Shown one piece after another: positions 55,130 through 64,000 of a DNA stretch of 64,000 bases (position 1 is the stretch's first letter; each line of letters starts with the position of its first letter). The position numbers and the translations under genes were made by a program. The notes under the pieces were generated by a model that saw only the letters and a list, made by a program, of their open reading frames with translations, was not told the origin of the DNA and searched no databases. The stretch is from assembly GCF_009914755.1 (NCBI RefSeq), contig NC_060945.1; one strand, given 5' to 3'. This DNA is from the human T2T-CHM13v2.0 reference genome, Homo sapiens.

Positions 55130-56217
55130 CATACGTTGGCCTCATCCTCTTTTTTTTTTTTTTTTTTTTTTTAATTTCCCACAATCCTGTTACCATAGTC
55201 CATGTCGTCACAAAAGAAAAGCCTAGGCAAAGTTAGTAAATATAAAATAGGTTACTTTTGAAGAAAATATCTGGATATAGTCTATTTTCCATGTGTAGAA
55301 TAATAAATCAATGGGTACCAATTTTCACAGTAAAGCTATCTGAATAATTAAAGTTTAGCTTTTCTAAACTGGGCCACATATCTAATCAGCTGTTTATTGC
55401 TGCCCGTGTTTGTGTCTGTTCCAGTAACTCACTTTTTATTCACCTGTACTTTTGTCATGGTATTGTTCAAATAAGGGAAAATAAAACTTTAAAAACTTCC
55501 TTTGGGCATAAGAAAAAGGCTGGAAAACAATACATCATAAACATAATGCATCAGTTTATGATTCTATCCACTTGTTTTATGGACATGTCAAGTTATGTGA
55601 ATTAAATGATTAAAACTTAATACTGACCCTAGCTATTTATTCTTCTTTAAAAATTATATTTGCAAGCTGCTACTGAAGCCAGTGTAGAAATGATTCCTAA
55701 CAGATAGAATCCCAGTCTTAAAAGATGTCACAAAGAACTGGGTTCTAATTTCCTTCCATTTTCTCTTAGTTCTAACCTCATTATAATTTTTATATTTCAA
55801 ACATACTTCTCTCTTTAATTTTTTAAAAACATTTACTTTTAATTTTAAACCTTTTTGTCACATGCTGGCTTTGAATGGATTCCAGTGAGATAGCTGCTCT
55901 GAGACATACGAAGTATATGATTCATCCTGATTTTGAAGCAGGATATCTCCAGGTGGTGTTGAGCTAGTTCTCTATGAGCATATCATGAGTAGTTTAGCCC
56001 TCAGGAGTACATATCTCCACCTTAGCCCTAGCCCTAGCAGACCTCATCAAGCCCCATAGCCTCATGGAGTGGAAGACGCCTCCTCACTTCCACTCTGAGC
56101 TGTTTACAGGGATCATGGAAATATGGTTTGATGGACAGAGAGGCCTTCTGGGAATTAATGACACTGGTGCTTGTAGGATGGATACACTCTTCACCTGGGG
56201 ACAGAGTCCAAGAGCCC

Positions 56218-56520
56218 GGCCGGGCGCTGTGGCTCACGCCTGTAATCCCAGCACTTTGGGAGGCCGAGGCGGGCGGATCATAAGGTCAGGAGATCGAGAC
56301 CATCCTGGCTAACACGGTGAAACCCCGTCTCTACTAAAAATACAAAAAATTAGCCGGGCGAGGTGGCGGGCGCCTGTAGTCCCAGCTACTCGGGAGGCTG
56401 AGGCAGGAGAATGGCGTGAACCCCGGGGGGCGGAGTGTGCAGTGAGCCGAGATCGCGCCACTGCACTCCAGCCTGGGCGACAGCGAGACTCCGTCTCAAA
56501 AAAAAAAAAAACAAAAAACC
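56218..56520 (+). mobile_element. Young AluY (Ye-like)
   Basis: CpGs retained; gggcgaggtgg, gaaccccggggggcgg, gcgacagcgagactcc; TSD caagagccc. Confidence 0.93.
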
Positions 56521-57064
56521 CAAGAGCCCTGGAGGCGTTCAACTTCACTAGCTTTATCTAGTTTCTCGTGCATTTCTCTTTTCTCCCTTAATGTTGTCAG
56601 GAGAATTGCTGCTCAGTACATGTCAAACTTTCCCCAAGTGATGGATCATATATAGTGACACACCTCTTAGTAAAAAACCTTTTCACTTAAATTAAGCATT
56701 TTTGATATCTTCCACACTGGCAGATTATAAGACTTCAGAAAAATAATAATATATTACATTATTTTATTAATTATAAAAATTAATATATTAATCTAAAATA
56801 TAATATTAAAAATGAAAACCAATACTGACTGATTGCTTTCTAAGTGATAGGCAGACTGTTAAGCACTTCACATGTATTGTTTCACTGAATAATGCGTGTT
56901 CATTTAACAGTATATTGAAGGGATGTTAATTATTCTATAAATAACTCAAAATGCAGATGCACAATTTCTTTAATTCTGCCTTGTGGAAGTGCACACACAT
57001 TAGTGGCTAAGAGAAACATTTTATTTGTGTCCTTTTTTTTCCTGTTTCTTTCTGTCTGTCTCTC

Positions 57065-57445
57065 TCTCTTTTTTAAAGAATTGAAGTTAGTTTTATTCAA
57101 AAGTCCTACTGAGGACTGAGACCTAGAACCCAAGAGCAGTTCTGTCAGATCGTTCCAGCACAGGGCTTCAGCTCACTGCTTAGCGACCTGTGTTAGGGGT
57201 TCAGTATGTACAAAATCACATCACACTTGCTCAGAAGTTATATTAAAGCAGAATCACATCTAGGTTTGGGCATAAGAATAATTCTCATTATATATTACAG
57301 AGGTATAATCACTAACCCCATCAGACATTATTTTATGTGTAGGAAAAGGCAAAAACAAGGGTCATTCGTCTTTCAAGGAATATAGTGACTCAGGCAAAAG
57401 ACATGGAAGGTCATGTGCTCAGGCCTATTTTGTCTTCAAAGTGTT
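57065..57445 (-). mobile_element. Probable ERV1-class LTR fragment
   Basis: ttttattcaaaagtcctactgaggac and aaggaatatagtgactcagg resemble ERV1 LTRs; subfamily unknown. Confidence 0.45.
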
Positions 57446-58484
57446 TGCCTTTTTCTTAGAAACAATAATTAATAAAGTAAAAATTTTTAGTAGCTAAACC
57501 TAAGCAAAACATTACTGGCCTTAAAAGAGTCAAATGGGTAAAAATTTTGTTTTCATTAGTTTGAGGAGACCTGTAATTATATATGTTCTTAATTACTTAT
57601 TGTATTTATTGGATAATGTAATAGACAACACTCTGTTGCGATCAAGAATAATATGTAAATTGGTTTTTAGCACAAAGAAGGTTTTAGCCTCTATAAGTGG
57701 TGTCAAAGGTCTAAATCAATATGTATTAGCATACTGTACTTATACTACATTAAATCTTTCTCAAGGATTAATAAAGAAAGCACGTACACATCAGTTACAA
57801 CAGAAATACTCTTGGGAAAATAAAGTGATGTGAATATTTTGCTTGTTGACATACCTGAAATACGTACCCGTGGCTTTTAGGAAATCGAGCATACAATCAT
57901 CTGAATTAAATGGGAAGAGGTCAAATGAGGACAATTCAATTTTTACAGCTTATCTTTTTGTTTGTTTGCTTCAGCTCACTCACTCACACACACAGATGCA
58001 GCTATGTCCCTGCCCCATGGCTTATATTTTTTTCTCACAAAGCTCATGCAAACTCTTACATACCCATACACTACTTTATAGATATGAGGTCTCACACTTA
58101 TTACTTGACTTTGATGTCTTATGTATTTTAAATATGTAAAACAGAAATGATATCTTCCTTGCAACATTGTTGCAAAGATTAAATGAGGTAAAAAATTGCA
58201 AAAAAAAAAAAACAACAACAGTTAAAGGTCTTAAACATAGTAGCTATTGTTATTTTTATGTGTGTGATGATATCCTGTTACCACTATTGCCAATGATGTG
58301 ATAAAACTAGCAACAGCCAGTGTGGTATGCTTATTAGTTGCCAAATACTATGCTGAATGTAGCTTTATATACCTCAGCCCATTTAATTTGAGTAGACGAT
58401 ATTATCCCCATTTTACAGATAGAGAATATGGACTTAAATACAGGTGTGTACGCCATTTGTTAAAAAAAGATTCACTTCTGAGAG

Positions 58485-58745
58485 CTCATAACAGAGTAGT
58501 TAAGAGCCTGAACGCTGTGGCCAGATCCTCTGGGTTCTAACCCTGGGCTCTGCCACTTCCTTGCACCATGACTTGGGCCAGCTGCCAATTTACTCTGTTG
58601 TCTCAATTTCTTTATTTGTGAAGTAGGAATAATATTCTTACCTATAATTCATAAGGCTGTTACAACTATTAAAGGAGGAATGTTTATGAGGCACTCTAGA
58701 ATTGTGTCTGGCACATAGTAAGTGCTATAAAAGTGTTTGCTTAAT
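58485..58745 (+). mobile_element. MIR, near full length
   Basis: gtagttaagagc..ctctgccactt..ctggcacatagtaagtgct. Confidence 0.85.
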
Positions 58746-59140
58746 AAAATAAAGAGACTTTAAATTACATTTGACTGGTAGGACAATTTCAAAAGCAATT
58801 TTTAATCATCTTGTTTAGGAAATTTTTTTCTTCTTTTTAAAATCAACTCCCAAGCACTTGGAAGGAATTTCTGTGAGTTTGTTATAACCCACAGATCTAA
58901 AAAGGTTTGTGTTAAAGTTATTTGGAAGCAATATTAGGTTCAGAAGAGGGCAAATGACGTGACATTCTCAGATCATAAACATCTTTTGTGTAAGTCATGT
59001 CCACATAATTTACTTGCAAGTTATGTTCCATCCCACTGAGGTTCCTCCAAGAGCTTGACTATCACTGGTTCCAGTTTGAGGAGCTAGGCCCCTTTTGTAG
59101 TTAACCAGAATCCATATCCACCTAGAAAACATGTAGCTCC

Positions 59141-59740
59141 CGAACAATGAGCACACATGGACACATGGGGGGAAACAGCACACACTGGGGCCTGTGGGAT
59201 GGAGGAAGGGAGAGCATCAGGCAGAATAGCTAATGGATGCTGGGTGATATGGTTTGGCTATGTCCCCACCCAAATCTCATCTTGAATTGTAACTCCCACA
59301 ATTTCCACGTTTCATGGGGGGAACCCACGGGGAAGTGACTGAATTATGGGGGCGGGTCTTTCCTGTGCTGTTCTCAAGATAGTGAATGAGTCTCACAGGA
59401 TCTGATGGTTTGATAAGGGGAAACCCATTTTGCTTGGCCGTCATTCTCTCTGCCTGCCGCCATCCACGCAAGATGTGACTTGCTCCTCCTTGCCTTCCAC
59501 CGTGATTGCTGAGGCTTCCCCAGCCACGTTGAACTGTGAGTTCTCCATTACACCTCTTTCCTTTGTAAATTGCCCAGCCTAGTGTATGTCTTTATCAGCA
59601 GCATGAAAATGGACTGATACACTGGGCTTAATACCAAGATGATGGGTTGATAGGTGCAGCAAACCACCATTGCACACGTACCTATGTAAGAAACCTGCAC
59701 ATGCCTGGAACTTAAAATAAAAGAAAAAAAAAAAAGAAAA
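59141..59740 (+). mobile_element. Short L1PA 3' end interrupted by a THE1 LTR
   Basis: gaacaatgagcacacatggacac to aacctgcac; TSD aaaa(c/a)atgtagctcc. Confidence 0.9.
59245..59621 (+). mobile_element. THE1B/C-type solo LTR
   Basis: tgatatggtttggct to ggactgataca; TSD ctggg. Confidence 0.93.
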
Positions 59741-61472
59741 AAAAATGTAGCTCCTTTCCTGATCCTATCTTCCACCCCAGATGGAAACTAACAAAGATCT
59801 TCTCACCTATCTACATTACTGCCACTTCTGTTGCTTGTGTGTGATACCTTTCCTCCCTCACAGGAGCATTGAGGGACAAATAAACCAAAAGAAGAAAACA
59901 CAATTATCTTTACACTGATATTTAGATTCCTTACAGGGACTTAGTGTTTATAAGTGATGTAAGTATTATTCTAATGCAAAACATTCTTTTCATTCTGATC
60001 TTGGAGTCAGAGCAAGTGGTATTTTGGTTTAAAGTGATGAGATTACCCCTAGACCATCTCACTAAGGGTTATCTTTCTATTGAGAAATATCTTTTGAAGA
60101 GATTTCATGCACATCCTTTGTAACTCTTCCCAGTACTTAAAACTTCACTACCAGGAAACTAGTGGCAGAATTATAATGTTGCCTCCGGTCCACTCTGCCA
60201 CCCTTTTGCAATTTGGCAGCTTCTTGAAGCACTTAAGCAGCTTGGTGCCTTCAGTCTGACACTTCAGATGTGGCCATCAGCTAATGATTCTTGGCTTGAT
60301 GTTGCAGATGCAACTGTGAGCCTATAAATGAGTAACAAAGGACTTTTCTTTTTTCTAATTTGGGGTTCAGTTGCATCATTAAACGTAAGTATATTGTGTT
60401 GATGAAATGAGATTGAAAAATCAAAACATTCAGATTTCTATAGCAAATGTGTACTTAGGAGAGGTTCAAAGAATACGTGTGGAATTGAATTTTAAAAAAA
60501 ACTACTTCAAGAAAAAAAGAAAAAAACTAACTTATTATGCAGTTGTCTGAAGGGCCAAATGAAGGCAACCTGGTCAGGCACTGCAAAACCCAGAAGTGTC
60601 CTAAATGTAGAGGTGGGCACAGGATTTGTTGTACTCTTTTCAATAACTATTTTCTAAGAGCTGACAATGCAAATATGTGCATCTGTTATGAAAAATTGGC
60701 ACATTTCCCAGTGAACTGTTTTCTGTGTTTATCCAATATGTATTTACTATACATTACTTATGAGCAGACAGAGGAATAAGTACTTGGGATATAAAACTCT
60801 CGTCAAACTGATAGTCTGGTATTTGCACTGTTTTTTTCTAAACACTTTGGGTTCAAATCTGCATCTATTACATCTTGAGGTTTTGATTAGGTGCATGCAT
60901 TATGAGTAATGTTTTATAAATATAGTTGTGAAGAAATACAGGCATTTAATGATTGGACACACAGTCTAAGTTACATAAGGCATTCTGTAATCTCCTCAAA
61001 GAACCCCAGGAACTCCCTAAATCGAACTGCTATTTGTTTTCTTCAGACTAAAATACAGCAAATAAATGAACTATGTAACAGAGGTTATATTGAAAAAGAA
61101 ACTTCCTGGAAGGTTTTTCACTATATGGAAAATATGTTATAGTAGCAAACATAGGACTGAACTAGAATTTTTAAGTCTGCAAAGTTTTTATATTTTTCAT
61201 ATAGAAATTGTCAGTAAACATACTTTGGGTCAATTATTGATTCAGGTAGAATCTTAATATGGAGTTTGGAACAGTTGAAAACTGAGTGAGAAAACAGAGG
61301 GATATTTTCTTGAATTTTCAAGGTCAAAATCCATGCATAAATCTATGATTATACTATGTAGCTTTGAATAAGTGCATTTGTTTTGAACAAAACAAAACAA
61401 TCATGGGAGTTATTGTTTTAGTGAAAGATGCTTTGCTAGAAGTAAAATGTGTTAAGTTGAAAAACATTTACT

Positions 61473-62070
61473 TTTTTTTTACTGTGGTGAATTTATTTAA
61501 ATATTTTTCTTCTTTTTTTTAAAAAAAAGCTTTATTGAAGTATATACTTGATATACAGAAAAGTGCACACGTTGAGTGTATATACATCTTGATGTATTTG
61601 TATGTATGCGTATACCCATGATACCGTCATCACAACCAAGACACTAAACGTTTTTATAATCTCCAAAAATTTCTTTGTTTGTGTGTGTGTGTGTGTGTGT
61701 TGTAACAATAGTTAACATTAAATCTACCCTCTTAACATATCATAAAGTGCACAATATTGTTAATTGTGGGTACTATACAGTAGATCTCTAGAACTCGTTC
61801 ATTTTGCATAAAGAAATTCTATAGCTGAAGAACAACTCTCCATTTCCCCCTCCCCTCACAACTCTCCATTTCCCCTTCCCCTCAGCTTCTGGCAACCACC
61901 ATTTTATTCTCTGCTTCTATGAGTTTCACTGTTTTAGAGATCTCATGTAAGTGGAATCCTGCAGTATTTGTCCTTTGTGGCTGACTTATTTTACTTAGCA
62001 TAATATCCTCTAGGTTTATCCATATCTTTGCAAATGGCAGAATTTCCTTCTTTTTCAAGGCTGAATAATA
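61473..62070 (-). mobile_element. L1MB-type 3' end with internal (GT)n at 61681-61700
   Basis: gctttattgaagtata, ctggcaaccaccattttattctctgcttctatgag; aaacatttact flanks both sides. Confidence 0.85.
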
Positions 62071-63012
62071 AGGAAACATTTACTATTTAAGTATTGTAAT
62101 TTCCCTTGTGTAAATTGTTCCAATTTTTGTAATGATAGGGACAGACAAATCATATTTAATTTTATGTTACTCCGTTGGCATATTGGTTCCAGATAAATGG
62201 CTCAGAATTAGCCTCGTCTAGTTGTTCTTTGAAAAACTTCATTCAAATAGATAAAATGTCCCAGAAATACACTCTGATTACTGATGTTTTAAAGTGGGTT
62301 TGTTTATTTCAAAAACAATATTGAGTTTCAGACATATTTATTTTAAGACAATACTGGGTTTCAGATATATTCACCACAAAGAATTCTGTGACAAGTAAAA
62401 GAGAAAAATATTGGCAAACTATATGGTACATTGATTTTCTAATTTTTAGTATATTGAAGCATTGCATTCTCATCATTGTTCCGTCATAGACAATTGAGTC
62501 CAAACTGTACTTATGATTTTTTTCATGAATACAATTCCGTTCAGTTGAATAGCTTAGATTCAGTAGTCATTTTTATTCATTCATATACTTTAGCCTATAT
62601 AGCTAAAAATGTAGAAGTTGTATTATATGTGTGGTGATTGTTACTCTAATCACCTTAATTTTGAATTAGTACTCAACACATATTTTTTCATTTTTAAAGG
62701 AAACGAAAAATAAAACAAAGAAATACACTTTCTTTTCTGAAAGTACAAACCCAGGAGTTGAAGAATGGTTAATATATGCCTAGTGAGCACAGTTAATTGG
62801 GCTATAAAATAGAAGTTACACAAAGCACATTTTATTTAGATAATGTTATATATAATTTAATTATATAGTAAAGCATAAAATGAGGATAATGTTAAAAAGA
62901 ATCTATAATTTAAGACTCCACATTTTCTCTTAATGCTATACAACCTAATTGAAATTAACAATACATTGAAATTGTTGGCTGACTTGCTTTTCAAAAGAAT
63001 AACATTTGGTTG

Positions 63013-63282
<270 letters not shown>

Positions 63283-63433
63283 TCAGGAAGGCTGGAGATA
63301 TGGACACAGGGCAAATAAAGCCAAACAGACACAGAGATATGATTTACACTGTTTTGAAATCACTGCCATGTTCAAATTTTCATATGGCCAACTTCTGCTC
63401 ATAATTAGAATTATTAAAAAGAAAACTGGTTCA

Positions 63434-63700
<267 letters not shown>

Positions 63701-64000
63701 AAAAAGAAAACTGGTTCAACTCAGGAAAGTCTCCTGGTGGGTCAAATGTTAGCAAATGACTGGAGAAGTTTCACCTGGCTGTGAAGATCTGTAGCCAGAA
63801 CTCTTGACAAATTATCACAGCAACTTACTTGCGGCTTTATCTGTGTCCCATGTTTAAACACTTCATAATAGTCTCATTGATCTTTTCACAAAATCCCAGC
63901 CTTCTACATCCTCTTTTACAAATTTGTTTTATTTAATCAGGGACCCACTTTTCCACAAGTGTGGTTTGCTTGTGCTGTTCTTTGTCTTCCTCATGTAAGG

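Noticed and set aside
56018-56037. Telomere-like cttagccctagccctag
   Set aside because: Fewer than three variant units; compatible with chance
60307-60377. 10-bp inverted repeat gatgcaactg/cagttgcatc as a possible pre-miRNA
   Set aside because: Stem too short and loop about 50 nt; not miRNA-like

Overview
AT-rich, CpG-poor primate (human-like) genomic DNA, intronic or intergenic, made up largely of transposable-element relics: L1 (PA/PB/MA/MB/older M types), about 18 Alus (J/S/Y), MaLR LTRs (THE1, MST, MLT1, including a full-length THE1A-type provirus), MLT2, L2, MIR and a probable Tigger-type DNA transposon. I recognise no host protein-coding gene, RNA gene or CpG island. The ORF track is repeat-derived or chance; the only real protein remnants are L1 ORF2 fragments. 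I cannot support a new biological system here. The most unusual signals are mechanistic. (1) An identical 239-bp copy of 7669-7907 sits at 10178-10416 with a three-step template-switch junction. (2) A twin-primed L1 apparently carries a 3' transduction, and its target site was reused by an AluY, giving three copies of one TSD. (3) Three adjacent hairpins lie at 53575-53671. (4) There are RFX X-box and forkhead motif clusters. (5) Several unrecognised candidate exons and local duplications are present. Repeat subfamily names come from recalled consensus motifs and boundaries are approximate; all need RepeatMasker/Dfam confirmation.
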